A stretch of 64,000 bases of DNA from Anaeramoeba ignava BMAN (GCA_028826165.1 JAPDFW010000092.1:372001-436000), one strand, 5' to 3'. Shown: positions 11,520-28,030, counted from the stretch's first letter. The notes: a model not told the origin generated them from the letters alone. Translations and numbers: made by a program.

Positions 11520-13234
11520 GTGGAAAGTTTGATTTTGAATTTGAAATTGAAATTAAAATTAAAATTGATATTGAAATTGATATTGATATTAAAATTGATA
11601 TTGATATTGAAATTGAAATTGATATTTATATTGATATTTATATTGATATTGAAATTAAAATTAAAATTGAAATTGATAATTATATTGATATTGAAATTGA
11701 AATTGATATTTATATTTATATTTATATTGATATTTATATTTATATTGAAATTGATATTGAAATTGATATTGATATTTATATTTATATTGATATTGATATT
11801 GATATTGATATTGATATTGATATTGAAATTGATATTGATATTTATATTTATATTTATATTGATATTGATATTTATATTGATATTTATATTTATATTTATA
11901 TTGATATTGATATTTATATTGATATTTATATTTATATTTATATTGATATTGATATTTATATTGATATTGATATTGATATTTATATTGATATTGAAATTAA
12001 AATTGATATTTATATTGATATTTATATTGATATTTATATTGATATTTATATTGATATTGATATTGATATTGATATTTAAATTGAAATTGATATTGATATT
12101 TATATTTATATTGATATTGATATTGAAATTGATATTTAAATTGAAATTGATATTTATATTTATATTGATATTGATAATTATATTTATATTGATATTAATA
12201 TTTATATTGATATTGATAATTATATTGATATTGAAATTAATATTTATATTGATATTGAAATTGAAATTAAAATTGAAATTGATATTGATATTGAAATTGA
12301 TATTTATATTGATATTTATATTTATATTGATATTGATATTTATATTGATATTTATATTTATATTGATATTGATATTGATATTGATATTGATATTGATATT
12401 GATATTGATATTTATATTGATATTTATATTTATATTTATATTGATATTGATATTGATATTGATATTGATATTGATATTGATATTGATATTGATATTTATA
12501 TTGATTTTGAAATTGATATTGATATTTATATTGATATTGAAATTAATATTTATATTGATATTGAAATTGAAATTAAAATTGATATTGATATTGATATTTA
12601 TATTGATATTGATATTTATATTTATATTGATATTGATATTGATAATTATATTGATATTTATATTGATATTGATATTGATATTGATATATTTATATTGATA
12701 TTTATATTGATATTGATATTGATATTTATATTGATATTGATATTTATATTTATATTGATATTGATATTTATATTGATATTGATATTGATATTGATATTGA
12801 TATTGATATTGATATTGAAATTGAAATTGATATTGATATTGATATTGATATTGATATTGATATTGATATTGATATTGATATTGATATTGATATTGATATT
12901 GATATTGATATTGATATTGATATTGATATTGATATTTATATTGATATTTATATTTATATTGATATTGATATTGATATTGATATTGAAATTGATATTGATA
13001 TTTATATTTATATTTATATTGATATTGATATTGATATTTATATTGATATTGATATTGATATTGATATTGATATTGATATTGATATTTATATTGATATTGA
13101 AATTGAAATTGATATTGATATTTATATTGAAATTAAAAATAAAATTGAAATTGAAATTGAAATTGAAATTGAAATTGAAATTGATATTGAAATTGAAATT
13201 GATATTGATATTGATTTTGAATTTGATATTAAAT
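11520..13234. repeat. 1.7-kb compound hexamer microsatellite (TTGATA/TTTATA/TTGAAA/TTAAAA)
   Basis: Directly visible; lies just downstream of the CSC1-like stop codon. Confidence 0.9.
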
Positions 13235-16200
13235 TCATTTTAATTCGATTTCTTGAGGATTTTGATTAATTTGAGGATTCTCTTGATCAAAAGCTTGATA
13301 AGGTGATTCCAAAAATTGAAGGTCTTCAAATGGAATTTCAACTGGATATTGATAACGATATTTTAATTCATCCCGTTCATTTGATTTATTATCTTCAAGT
13401 TTAATCATTTCTTTTAATTGTGCTTTTTGCTTTTTTTTTCTCCAACAAATTTTTGATAAAACTGCAAGAAATATACCTCTCAAAAAATAAACAAAAATCA
13501 CAATTGTAACTGCATAAATTGATGGACGCTGATAAAGTTTTTTTTGTTCCAATTTTGAATTTTCGTTTACAGTTTGACTTTCTTCATTTAATATTAAACT
13601 AGAAATTGCAAGACCAACAATCACTAAAAAGAAATAAATTGGATTTCAAATTTTAATTTTAATTTTAATTTTGATTCTAATTTTGATTTTGATTTTGATA
13701 TTAATTTTAATTTTAATTTTAATTTTGATTTTTAATTTTAGTTTTAATATTAATTTTGATTTTAATTTTAATTTTAATTTTAATTTTAATTTTAATTTTG
13801 ATTTTAATTTTAATTTTAATTTTAATTTTAATTTTAATTTTAATTATAATTTTGATTTTAATTTTAATTTTAAATTTTAATTTTAATTTTAATTTTGATT
13901 TTGATATTAATTTTAATTTTGATTTTGATTTTAATTTTAATTTTAATTTTAATTTTAATTTTAATTTTAATTTTAATTTTAATATTTTAATTTACTTAAT
14001 TGAAAAACTCTTAAAATTGCACGATGAATTGCATCATTATAAAGATGAGGACGTCTAAAAATATGAATTAAACTTAATTTATGAGCGACTAAATAAGAAG
14101 CTAAACCAACAACACAAGTTAAACCAGCAATAGGAAATCTTGGAATAAAAATCAAAGAAAAAGAAATAATTTTCATTGAATGAGAATATAAAAAATCAAA
14201 TTCCACTTTTGGAGGCAAATATCCCATATTTAATGATAATTGTGATTTTGCTTTTTTTCTTGCTCGCCATCTTTTGTACTTGTTTTTTAAGATCATGTAC
14301 CAAAAATAAACCCAAGGACCAGCAAGAGCATCATAAAGACAAATTATAAAAACAACTTGAGGTGCAGTTTCATAAAAACTCATTTTTTTGTTTGTACTCA
14401 TAATAAGAATATAAGCAATAATATTTAATGTTTGAAAGATAATTATATTCATTGCTGTTACTCTTTCTGCATCTGATGGTGATAATTGTCTTCGAAAAGT
14501 TGTTGCTTCTATAATTATATTAAAGAATCAATTTTTTAATTTAAATTTGATTTTGATATTAATATTGATATTAATTTTGATATTAATTTTGATATTAATT
14601 TTGATATTAATTTTGATATTAATTTTGATATTAATTTTGATATTAATTTTGATATTAATTTTGATTTTGATTTTTATATTGATTTTGATTTTTATATTAA
14701 TTTTGAATTTGAATTTGATTTTGATTTTGATTTTTATATTGATTTTGATTTTTATATTAATTTTGAATTTGAATTTGATTTTGATTTTGATTTTGATTTT
14801 GATTTTGATTTTGATTTTTATATTGATTTTGATATTGATATTGATATTGATATTGATATTGATATTTATATTTATATTGATATTGATATTGATATTGATA
14901 TTGATTTTATTTTTGATTTTGATTTTGATTTTAATTTTAATTTTAATTTGATTTTGATTTTGATATTTATATTGATATTGATATTGATATTGATATTGAT
15001 TTTGATTTTGATTTAGATTTGCTTACTTCTGATTGCATAAATTATTAATCGATTTGAAACTAAAATTATGATGGACATGAGAATAGAAATACCAAGTCCA
15101 CCATTTTGATTTTTGACGGTTTGAAACACTAAAATGAAAATAAAATGAAAATAAAATTTAAATGAAATGAATATTGAATATTGAATATTGAATATTGAAT
15201 ATTGAATATTAAATCCAAATACATATGACAATAAGTAATCCTAATCCAATAAAAAATGAAGAAAAAAGCCAAGAAGCCATTTCTCTGGCAATTCTAGAAA
15301 TAAAAGAAGTTGAAAAATAATTCCATGAAATATCACGAGGTTCTGGAGCTTCTCTAACTGTTAAACGATGCTTTTTTCTGAATCTTTTTCCATGTGAAAA
15401 GCAACAACAAAGATATTTATCAACAAGTGAATTTGAATAAAGATAAAGTGCATGTTTTACTGATCCCATAAATTTAAATGTAACTATGCAATTTCCTTTA
15501 CATTTAAATACTCTTTCTGATTGTTTATCTAATTTTCTTGTTAATTGTTCTTCTTGTTTCGAAAATTTGGAATGATTTACTTGAGCAAAAAAAGCATCAT
15601 GTTTCTTTAATAAAGATAAATGATTTTTGATTTTAATTTTGATTTTAATATCAATTTTGATTTTTTTGATTTTGATTTTGATTTTTTTGATTTTGATTTT
15701 GATTTTGATTTTGATTTTGATTTTGATTTTGATTTTGATTTTGATTTTAATTTTGATTTTGATTTTAATATTGATTTTGATTTTGATTTTTTTGATTTTA
15801 ATTTTGATTTTGATTTTGATTTTGATATTGATTTTGATATTAATTTTGATTTTGATTTTAATATTGATTTTGATTTTAATTTTGATTTTGATTTTAATAT
15901 TGATTTTGTTTTTGATTTTTTTGATTTTAATTTTAATTTTAATTTTGATTTTGATATTGATTTTGATATTGATTTTGATTTTGTTTTTGATATTAATATT
16001 GATTTTAATATTGATTTTGATATTAATATTAATATTGATTTTGATTTTGATTTTGATATTAATATTAATTTTAATTTTGATTTTGATTTTGATTTTGATT
16101 TTAATTTTAATTTTAGATTTTCTACTTTTATTTGTGTTTTTTTAATCTTATCAACTGTTTCAAGCAGATTTCCAAAATTATAAATTAAAAAAACATCTTC

Positions 16201-18641
16201 AATTTCTCCAAATTTTCCAAAAAATTCTTTGATTTCAAGGGAATTTGTTGCATTTGGTGGTAAACCAGAAACAAAAATTGAGTAATCTGAAATTAATTTG
16301 TGAGTTTTATTCAATTTATATCTCATTGCTTCTCGATCAATAGCTTTTGCAATGCCAATAAATCCAATCAAAACAACTCCATTTATTATTGTAACAATTA
16401 TAGCTTGCAACCTCATTTTATCCCCTTTAAATATGTAAACAAATATATGAACAAATTCAAATTTTAATTTATATTTTGATTTTGATTTTGATTTAGATTT
16501 TGATTTAGATTTTGATTTTGATTTTGATTTTAATTGAATTTTAATATTAATTTTGATTTAGATTTTGATTTTGATTTAAATTTTGATTTTGATTTTGATT
16601 TTGATTTTAATTTAGATTTTAATTTAGATTTAGATTTTGATTTTAATTTTAATTTTGGTTTTGATTTAAATTTTGATTTAAATTTTGATTTAGATTTAGA
16701 TTTTGAATTTGATTTGAATTTTGATTTTGATTTTGATTTTGATTTTGATTTTGATTTTAATTTTAATTTTAATTTTGATTTAAATTTAGATTTTGATTTT
16801 AATTTTGATTTTGATTTTGATTTTGGTTTTGATTTTGATTTAGATTTAAATTTAAATTTTAATTTTAATTTTAATTTTAATTTTGGTTTTGATTTTGATT
16901 TTAATTTTGATTTTAATTTTAATTTTAATTTAAATTTAAATTTAGATTTAGATTTTGATTTTAATTTTAATTTTGATTTAGATTTAGATTTTGATTTTAA
17001 TTTTGGTTTTGATTTAGATTTAGATTTTGATTTTAATTTTGGTTTTGATTTAAATTTTGATTTTGATTTAGAAATTTTACTTTGTGGCCAACAGTTTTTA
17101 ACTGACATTTTTAATAAAAAATCTGATTCATTTTTGTTGCAATTAACATTCACAACAATCAACCAAATACAAAGTGCTGCAACAATTAAAAATAAAATTA
17201 TCATCGCAAGCTTGTAATTGTGTTTTTAATTTAATTTTAATTTTGAATTTGAATTTGATTTTTAATTTAAATTTAGATTTAGATTTAGATTTTGATTTTA
17301 ATTTTGATTTAGATTTAGATTTTGATTTAGATTTAAATTTAGATTTTGATTTTAATTTTAATTTTAATTTTAATTTTAATTTAAATTTAGATTTAGATTT
17401 AGATTTAGATTTTAATTTTAATTTTAATTTTAATTTTGATTTTGATTTTAATTTAGATTTTAATTTTGATTTAGATTTAGATTTTAATTTTGATTTAGAT
17501 TTAGATTTTGATTTTAATTTTGATTTTGATTTTGATTTTGATTTTGATTTTGATTTTGATTTTGATTTTGATTTTGATTTTGATTTTGATTTTGATTTTG
17601 ATTTTGATTTAGATTTTGATTTTGATTTTAGATTTTGATTTAGATTTTGATTTTGGTTTTAGATTTAGATTTAGATTTAGATTTTGATTTTGATTTTGAT
17701 TTAGATTTAGATTTTGATTTAGATTTAGATTTTGATTTTGATTTTGATTTTGATTTTGATTTTTAATTTAAATTTTGATTTTGATTTAGATTTTGAATTT
17801 GATTTTAATTTTGATTTTAATTTTAATTTTGATTTTTTACAAGAAAAGAGAAATATAAACCACAACCTAAGCCAAGTTCTGGTTTAAAATGAAAAAAATC
17901 AGTTTTCCAAAAAGCTACTTTATGGAAATTACCATCATCATCCTTTATATGAAGCATATGAGATAAACGATACCTATTAGCTTGTTTTTCTGCTTCTTCA
18001 AGTGTCACATCTTCAATTTGAATATTCTCAAATTTTTTTGGATTATCTTGAGAATTTAAATCATCAATTTCAAGACCATCAGAATGTATTAAATTTAAAT
18101 TATTTTGATTTAAATTTTCATTTTCATTTTCATTTTCATTTTCATTTAAATTTTCATTTAAATTTTCATTTTCATTTGGAAGAGGAATTTCATTTAAATT
18201 TGGAAGAGGAATTTCATTTAAATTTTCAATTATATTTTCATTTGGATTTCCGTTTTCAATTGGAGGAGGAAGATCATCTGGATTTGGAAGTGGAATTTCA
18301 TTTAGATTCTCATTTAGATTCTCATTTAGATTCTCATTTAGATTCTCATTTAAATTCTCTTTTGAATTATCAATCGAATTTTGTTTTAGATTTTGATTTA
18401 GATTCTCTTTTGAATTATCAATTGAATTTTCTTTTGAACTTTTTTTTGCTCTCACAATTCTTATTGCTTGATTCTTGTCAACTTTAACCGCTGATATTGA
18501 AATACTTCTTTTTGGTTTTGTTGGCTCGTTTTTTGAAAGTGATATACTTCTTTGTGGTTTTGATTGTTGATTTGATTCTAATTTGGGTTTTAATGTTAAT
18601 TTTTTTGGAATTTGAGGTTGACCGTTTGAATTTTGATTCAT
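13235..18641 (-). CDS. CSC1/OSCA/TMEM63-like calcium-permeable channel (multi-exon, ~7 exons)
   Basis: Exonic fragments ISDYSIFVSGLPPN..IKEFFGKFGEIEDV, TVREAPEPRDISWNY and FDFLYSHSMKI..FIPRFPI; many TM segments; microsatellite-filled GT-AG introns. Confidence 0.75.
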
Positions 18642-19084
18642 TTGATCTTAAATAAAATAAAAATAACCAAATAAAATAAAATAAAAGAAAAAAATAAAGA
18701 AAAAAATAAAGAAAGGAAAAAATGAAAAACTTTTTTTTTGTTTATTTTTTATTTTTTTATTTTTTTATTTTTTTATTTATTCAATTATAATTTCTTTTTT
18801 TTTTTCATCAAAATTTCAAATGTTTTGTTGACTTTCAATTTACCATTTTTTTTTCTTTTAAATAAATAAAATTAAATTAAACAATTTATTTAAAACCCTT
18901 TTAAATAACAATTTTATTATTTAAATTTTAATTTAAATTTAATTTATTTTAATTATTTTCTGATCAATAAAAAAATTTCAAAAAAATAAAAAAAAAAAGA
19001 ACAAAAAAATTTTGATAAGTTTTTTCTTTCTTTTTTTTATTTTATTTATTTATTTATTTTTTGGATTTTCGAATTAATTCATTA

Positions 19085-20500
19085 AGTCAATAAAAATTAA
19101 AATTAAAAATAATTCAAAATAATTCAAAATAATTAAAAAATTTTAGATCAAATATTTAATATAATTTTCAATATAAAATATAATATAAATTTTTAATATA
19201 AATTATAGATTGAATATAAAATTAAAAATAAATAATAATTAAAAATAAATAATAATTCAAAATAATTAAAAATAATTAAAAATTTTAGATCAAATATTTA
19301 ATATAATTTTCAAATATAAAAATATAATATAAATTTTTAATATAAATTATAGATTAAATCTAAAATTAAAAATAAATAATAATTAAAAATAAATAATAAT
19401 TCAAAATAATTCAAAATAATTAAAAATTTTAGATCAAATATTTAATATAATTTTAAATATAAAATATAATATAAATTTTAAATATAAATTATAGATTAAA
19501 TCTAAAATTAAAAATAAATAATAATTATAAATAAATAATAATTCAAAATAATTAAAAATAATTAAAAATTTTAGATCAAATGTTTAATATAATTTTAAAT
19601 ATATAATATAATATAAATTTTTAATATAAATTATGGATTAAATATAAAATTAAAAATAAACAATAATTATAAATAAATAATAATTCAAAATAATTAAAAA
19701 TAATTAAAAATTTTAGATCAAATATTTAATATAATTTTAAATATAAAATATAATATAAATTTTTAATATAAATTATAGATTAAATCTAAAATTAAAAATA
19801 AACAATAATTATAAATAAATAATAATTCAAAATAAATCAAAATAATTAAAAATTTTAGATCAAATATTTAATATAATTTTAAATATAAAATATAATATAA
19901 ATTTTTAATATAAATTATGGATTAAATATAAAATTAAAAGTAAACAATAATTATAAATAAATAATAATTCAAAATAATTCAAAATAATTAAAAAATTTTA
20001 GATCAAATATTTAATATAATTTTAAATATAAATTATAATATAAATTTTTAATATAAATTATGGATTAAATCTAAAATTAAAAATAAATAATAATTATAAA
20101 TAAATAATAATTCAAAGTAATTAAAAATAATTAAGAAATTTTAGATCAAATATTTAATATAATTTTAAATATAAAATATAATATAAATTTTTAATATAAA
20201 TTATGGATTAAATATAAAATTAAAAATAAACAATAATTATAAATAAATAATAATTCAAAATAATTCAAAATAATTAAAAAATTTTAGATCAAATATTTAA
20301 TATAATTTTAAGTATAAAATATAATATAAATTTTTAATATAAATTATAGATTAAATATAAAATTAAAAATAAATAATAATTATAAATAAATAATAATTCA
20401 AAATAATTCAAAATAATTAAAAAATTTTAGATCAAATATTTAATATAATTTTAAATATAAATTATAATATAAATTTTTAATATAAATTATGGATTAAATC
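19085..20500. repeat. Tandem array family B, ~142-143-bp monomer (~10 copies)
   Basis: TTTTAGATCAAAT at ~19141, 19283, 19427, 19569, 19711, 19853, 19996, 20139, 20282 and 20425; lies between divergent genes. Confidence 0.9.
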
Positions 20501-20713
20501 TGAATATATTTTTAAATCCAAAAACAAAAAAGAATTCTTGATCAAACTCAAATTAAATTCAAATGAAAATTAATCAATTACGTGTCAATAAAATCAATTC
20601 CAAAAACAAAAAAAAACAAAAAAAACAAAAAAAACAAAAATCATTTTTTTATTTCTTTTTTTATCTCTTTACCATTTTTAATTCAAAAACAAAAACGAAT
20701 TTAAAATTATTAA

Positions 20714-23700
20714 ATGGACAAAGAAGACAGCACAACATCAGAATTAGAAGTATCAGAAAGAGAAGCAAATACAAAGCCAGTTGAACCCCAATTAGACAAT
20801 GAAGTTGAATTTCAAAAACCTCCACATGTTCAAAAAAAACAAACAAGATTGAAATTTGGTGATCAATTTTATGCGCTTCTTCGAAAGAATTGGAGACTTC
20901 AGAAAAGACAAAAAAAACTCAATACTTGTCAAATCTGTTTTTCTGTTGTTATTCTTTTATGGTTGTTGGTTATTCAATTCTTGGTTTCAAAATATTTAAA
21001 TCATAAAAGAGATCCTGATCCAACTCCTGAACCAGAACCTTATGAGTATTTTTTTCTTCTTTTTACAAATTAAAATTAAAATTAAAATTATAATTAAAAT
21101 TCATTTATAATTAAAATTAAAATTAAAATTAAAATTAAAATTATAATTAAAATCAAAATTAAAATTCATTTATAAAATTAAAATTCATTTATAAAATTAT
21201 AATTAAAATTAAAATTAAAATTAAAATTAAAATTAAAATTAAAATTAAAATTAAAATTAAAATTAAAATTAAAATTAAAATTAAAATTAAAATTAAAATT
21301 ATAATTAAAATTAAAATTAAAATTAAAATTAAAATTAAAATTAAAATTAAAATTAAAATTAAAATTAAAATTAAAATTAAAATTAAAATTAAAATTAAAA
21401 TTAAAATTAAAATTAAAATTAAAATTATTAAAATTAAAATTAAAATCAAAATTATAATTAAATTTCATTTATAAAATTAAAAATCAAAATTAAAATTATA
21501 ATTAAAATCAAATTTAAATTCAAAATTATAATTAAAATTAAAATTAAAATCAAAATTAAAATAAAATTAAAATTAAATTTAAAAATTAAAATTAAAATTA
21601 AAATCAAAATTAAAATTAAAATTAAAAATTCAGTTATTTAAGTCCAGCTGATATTTGGTATTCCGATTGCCCAGCTGGAAGTTCTGAATATTATTTTTCT
21701 ACAGATTTTGAAAAATTAGCAAATTATACTGTGACAACAGAAGAAGGAACAGATCAAAACCTTGCAACAACTCAATATCAAGAATTCAGTTCTGCAGATT
21801 CATTAGATCAAACTTTATATGATAGTTTCACTCAAGATTCATTCAAACCTGCTGGCGGTAATTTATCAACTAATTTCATTTAAAAAATTGAAATCAAAAT
21901 TAAAATTTATATTAAAATTATAATTAAAATTAAAATTATAATTAAAATTATAATTAAAATTATAATTAAAATTAAAATTCATTTATAATATTAAATTTAA
22001 AATCAAAATTAAAATTAAAATTAAAATTAAAATTAAAATTAAAATTAAAATTAAAATTAAAATTCATTTATAATATTAAAATTAAAATTAAAATTAAAAT
22101 TCATTTATAATATTAAATAGCAATTCATTTTGATTTACTTAATGTAACTACTGGCGATGTAAAATTCTCAATTCTCTATAATAGTAGTAGTACTAGTACT
22201 AGCGGTAGTAATGACCATTTGCAATTGGATGGAGAAACAGCATTTCTACCAACTCTTTTAAATACTGTGATGAGAGTTTTATATCAAAATATTTCCAGTA
22301 CTTCTTTGAATATTCGAGCTGCTTTTCAGAAATTTCCAATTATTGAAGGTGAAGATCAACTTGATATTGTTGCATATATGCTTGGAACCTTTTTTTCCAT
22401 TTTGCTTCATTTCTTGCTTCCAATTTTTATGATGGTTTTTTAATCAATTTTTAAATTCAAAAATTTAATCCAAAAAAATTCATTTCAAAAAAAATATTTT
22501 TAGTCAATTGTTTATGAAAAACAAAACAATATTCTTAATATTATGAAAATGATGGGATTACGTTTAAGAGCTTATTGGGTTTCTATTTACGTTTTTAATT
22601 ATTTACTTTATCTTTTGATGCTTGTTGTCTTTTATATTTTTGGATTTGCTTTTGGTAAATTGATGAATATTATTTGAAATAATAAATAATTTTAATTTTA
22701 ATTTAATTTAATTTTAATTTAATTTTAATTTGATTTTAATTTTAATTTAATTTTAATTTAATTTAATTTTAATTTAATTTAAATTTAATTTGATTTTAAT
22801 TTTATTTAATTTTAATTTTAATTTTAATTTAATTTAATTTAATTTAATTTAATTTAATTTAATTTAATTTAATTTAATTTAATTTAATTTTAATTTAATT
22901 TAATTTAATTTAATTTAATTTAATTTAATTTTAATTTAATTTAATTTTAATTTAATTTAATTTAATTTAATTTAATTTAATTTAATTTAATTTAATTTAA
23001 TTTTAATTTTAATTTAATTTAATTTTAATTTGATTTATAAAAAAGGTTTCCGTTTCTTTCGCAAGAATGCTTTCTTATCTCATTTTCTTCTTTTTATTAT
23101 TTGGGGAAATACTTTAATTGCTATTTCATTTTTATTTTCATTACTTTTCAAAAAAGTTCGAACTGCTTCAAGTAAAATTTTCGAATTTTTTTTGAAACAA
23201 ATTTTGAAAAGAATTAACAAAAAAATTTTTTATTTAGTTTTTGGATATTTTGGAGTAATTTTACTTGTTATAGCTTCATCTGTGCTTTTTGAGTAAATTA
23301 AAATAACTAAAACTCGAAAATTGGATTTATAAAATTATTTATTAAATTAAATATAAAATTATTTATAAAATTATTTATAAAATTATTTATAAAATTATTT
23401 ATAAAATTAAATATAAAATTAAATATAAAATTAAATATAAAATTAAATATAAAATTAAATATAAAATTAAATATAAAATTATTAATAAAATTATTTATAA
23501 AATTATTTATAAAATTATTAATAAATTAAATATAAAATTATTTATAAAATTATTTATAAAATTATTTATAAAATTATTTATAAAATTATTTATAAAATTA
23601 TTTATAAAATTATTTATAAAATTATTTATAAAATTATTTATAAAATTATTTATAAAATTATTTATAAAATTATTTATAAAATTAAATATAAAATTATTTA

Positions 23701-26700
23701 TAAAATTATTTATAAAATTATTTATAAAATTAATTATAAAATTATTTATAAAATTATTTATAAAATTATTTATAAAATTATTTATAAAATTATTTATAAA
23801 ATTAAATATAAAATTATTTATAAAATTATTTATAAAATTATTTATAAAATTATTTATAAAATTAAATATAAAATTTATTTATAAAATTATATATAAAATT
23901 ATTTATAAAATTATTTATAAAATTAAATATAAAATTTATTTATAAAATTATTTATAAAATTATTTATAAAATTATTAATAAAATTATTTATAAAATTATT
24001 TATAAAATTATTAATAAATTAAATATAAAATTATTAATAAAATTATTTATAAAATTATTTATAAAATTATTTATAAAATTAAATATAAAATTATTTATAA
24101 AATTAAATATAAAATTATTTATAAAATTATTTATAAAATTATTTATAAAATTATTTATAAAATTAAATATAAAATTATTTATAAAATTATTTATAAAATT
24201 ATTTATAAAATTATTTATAAAATTAAATATAATTATTTATAAAATTATTTATAAAATTATTTATAAAATTATTTATAAAATTATTTATAAAATTATTTAT
24301 AAAATTATTTATAAAATTATTTATAAAATTATTTATAAAATTAAATATAAAATTATTTATAAAATTAAATATAAAATTATTAATAAAATTATTAATAAAA
24401 TTATATATAAAATTATTAATAAAATTATTTATAAAATTATTTATAAAATTAAATATAAAATTATTTATAAAATTAAATATAAAATTAATTATAAAATTAA
24501 TTATAAAATTTAAAGGCAATTAACAAGTCAAGATGGTACGCCTGATTCTACAGTAATATTAGTTCAATTAATACCTTCAGCAGCTTTATATCATGGGATT
24601 AATATTCTTGCTATGGAATCAAGGCTTGGACATTCAGGAGTATCTATGAGTGATTTAAAATTAGCTGTTGATAAAATGGGATCTGTTTATCTTATTCTTT
24701 TCATTGAAACTTTAGTTTTATTCCTTTTTTTTGCAATTTTCCAAACATCTTTAAAAACTGTTTTCTGTTTCTGGCGTCGAGTAATCAAGAAATGAAAACA
24801 AAATTAAAATTAAAATTAAAATTAAAATTAAAATTAAAATTAAAATTAAAATTAACATTAAAATCGGATAAAAATTAAAATTAATATTAATATTAATATT
24901 AATATTAAAATCAAAATTAATATTAAAATCAAAATCAAAATCAAAATTAAAATTAAAATTAAAATTAAAATCAAAATTAAAATTAAAATTAAAATAAATT
25001 AAAATTAAAAACATTGAATTTTTCAAAAATATTTATAGAAAAGTAAATCAAAAACTTTATATTTTGAAAATGATGATGAACTTGATTCAGAAGATTTAGA
25101 TGATCGTAAAAACAAACCTACAAAAGAAGAACCTGATGATGTTCATAGAGAACGTCTTAGAGTTAGAAAATCACAAGATAGAATTAGAGTTTTAGGTCTT
25201 ACTAAAATTTTTAAAGGAAATAAGCATCAACCTGATAAAGTTGCTGTGAATAATTTATCTTTAGGAATTTCTAAAGGAGAATGTTTTGGATTTTTAGGAC
25301 CAGTAATTATATATTTATTTTAAAATTAAAATTAAAATTAAAATTAAAAATAAAATTAAAATCAAAATTAAAATTAAAATTAAAATCAAAATTAAAATCA
25401 AAATTAAAATCAAAATTAAAATTGAAAATTAATTTTAAAATTAAAATTAAAATTAAAATTAAAATTAAAATTAAAATTAAAATCAAAATTAAAATCAAAA
25501 TTAAAATTAAAATTAAAATCAAAATTAAAATTAAAATTAAAATTAAAATTAAAATTAAAATTAAAATTAAAAATCAAAATTAAAATTAAAATTAAAATTA
25601 AAATTAAAATCAAAATCAAAATCAAAATCAAAATTGAAAATTAAAATCAAAATATATATTAAAATTAAAATTAAATTCAAATTAAAATTAAAATTAAAAT
25701 TAAAATCAAAATTAAAATCAAAATTAAAATTAAAATTAAAATTAAAATTAAAATCAAAATCAAAATTAAAATTAAAAAGAATGGAGCAGGAAAAACTACA
25801 ACTGTATCAGTTATGTCAGGACTTTATGCACCAACTTATGGAAATATCACAGTTTGTGGATACAGTGTTCGTGAAGATTTAGGTTCAATTCACACAATTT
25901 CTTCTGTTTGTCCTCAACATGATATCTTATGGGATGATTTAACAGGAACTGAAAGTTTACAATTTTATGCTCGTATGCATGGATACAAAGGAGCCGCTTT
26001 GAAAGAAAGAGTTGAAACAACTCTTAAACAAGTTAATTTTTTTAAAAAAACAAAAAATGTTTTGAAATTCAATCATTTTTTAATTTGGAAATTTTTTTGA
26101 AATTCAATTATTTTTTTTTAGGTTGGTCTTGAAAGAGATGGTCATAAGAAAATTAAAGAATATTCTGGTGGAATGAAACGTAGAATTAGTGTTGGTTGTG
26201 CTTTAATTTGTAATCCCAAAGTTCTTTTATTGGATGTAATTTTAAAAAAATAAAAATAATTCAATTAAAATAATTTAATTAAAATAATTCAATTAAAATA
26301 ATTTAATTAAAAATAATTTAATTAAAATAATTTAATCAAAAATAATTCAATTTAATCAAAAAAATTTAATTAAAATAATTTAATCAAAATAATTTAATCA
26401 AAAATAATTTAATTAAAATAATTTAATTAAAATAATTTAATCAAAAATAATTTAATCAAAATAATTTAATTAAAATAATTTAATTAAAATAATTTAATTA
26501 AAATAATAATAATAGGAACCAACAACAGGACTTGATCCTTCAAGCAAAAGACAGGTTTTTTTCTATTTCAAAATTCAATAAATTTTCAATTAAATAAAAT
26601 ATAACTTGAAAATTTATTATTTTTTAAAAAATCTTTTTAGTTATGGGATGTCATTAGAGAAACAACAAAAGATCGAGCAGTTCTTTTAACAACTCATTGT

Positions 26701-27794
26701 GATTATTTTATATCAATTTTAATTTTTATATCAATTTTAATTATTTAATTATATTTTAGCAATGGAAGAAGCAGAAGCTCTTTGTTCTCGTTTAGGAATT
26801 ATAGTTAATGGACAACTTCAAACAATCGGAGAAACACAAGAATTGAAAGTAAAATTATTAATAATTTTAATAATAATTTTAATAATAATTTTAATAATAA
26901 TTTTAATAATAATTTTAATAATAAATATAATAATAAATTTAATAATAATTTTAATAATAAATTTATAAATAATTTAATAATAATTTTAATAATAAATTTA
27001 ATAATCATTTTAATAATAATTTTAATAATAAATTTAATAATCATTTTAATAATAATTTTAATAATAAATATAATAATAATTTTAATAATAATTTTAATAA
27101 TAAATTTAATAATAATTTTAATAATAATTTTAATAATAAATTTAATAATAAATTTTAATAATAATTTTAATAATAATTTTAATAATAATTTTAATAATAA
27201 TTTTAATAATAAATTTATTAATAATTTTAATAATAATTTAAATCAAAATTAAATCAAAATTAAATAATAATTTTATAAATAATTTTAATAATAAATTTAA
27301 TAATAATTTTAATAATAAATTTAATAATAAATTTAATAATAATTTTAATAATAAATTTAATAATAAATTTAATAATAATTTTAATAATAAATTTAATAAT
27401 AAATTTAATAATAAATTTAATAATAATTTTAATAATAAATTTAATAATAATTTTAATAATAATTTTAATAATAATTTTAATAATAATTTTAATAATAATT
27501 TTAAAAAAGATCCGATTTGGAAAAGGATTTAAATTTTCATTCCATTCTACAGAAGAATCAGAAGCAAAAGTTGATAAATTTGTTAGACAATTAATGCCTA
27601 ATCTTCAACTTTTAAATTCACTTGCTGGAACTTGGAATTATGAAGTTTCTAAAGAAGGAATAGTTTTATCTAAAATTTTTGAAGAATTAGAAAATCATAA
27701 AAAAGAACTTGAAATTGATGATTGGGGAATTAGTCAAACAACTTTGGAAGAAGTTTTCTTAAGAATTACACAAAATGCAGCAATGACTAATTAA
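20714..27794 (+). CDS. ABC transporter subfamily A (single TMD + NBD), ~14 exons
   Basis: QFYALLRKNWRLQKR; IVYEKQ..MKMMGL; Walker A GP|NGAGKTT split by intron 25303-25779; CPQHDILWDDLTG; YSGGMKRR; LLD|EPTTGLDP; TTHSMEEAEALC; ISQTTLEEVFL. Confidence 0.9.
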
Positions 27795-28030
27795 TTAACT
27801 AACTAATTAATTCATTAATTCATTTATGGATATTTTTTTTTCTTTTTTAAATAATTAATTAATTAATTAATTCATTTCTTTCTTTCTTTCTTTTAATCAA
27901 AAACAATTTATTCAAATCTTTTTTTCTTTTCTAAATAAACTTCCAAAAATCTTTTTTATTTTTATTGTTTTTGTTGTTTTTTTTTGAATTTATTAATTTA
28001 TTTATTAATTATAATTAATTAATAAAAGAA

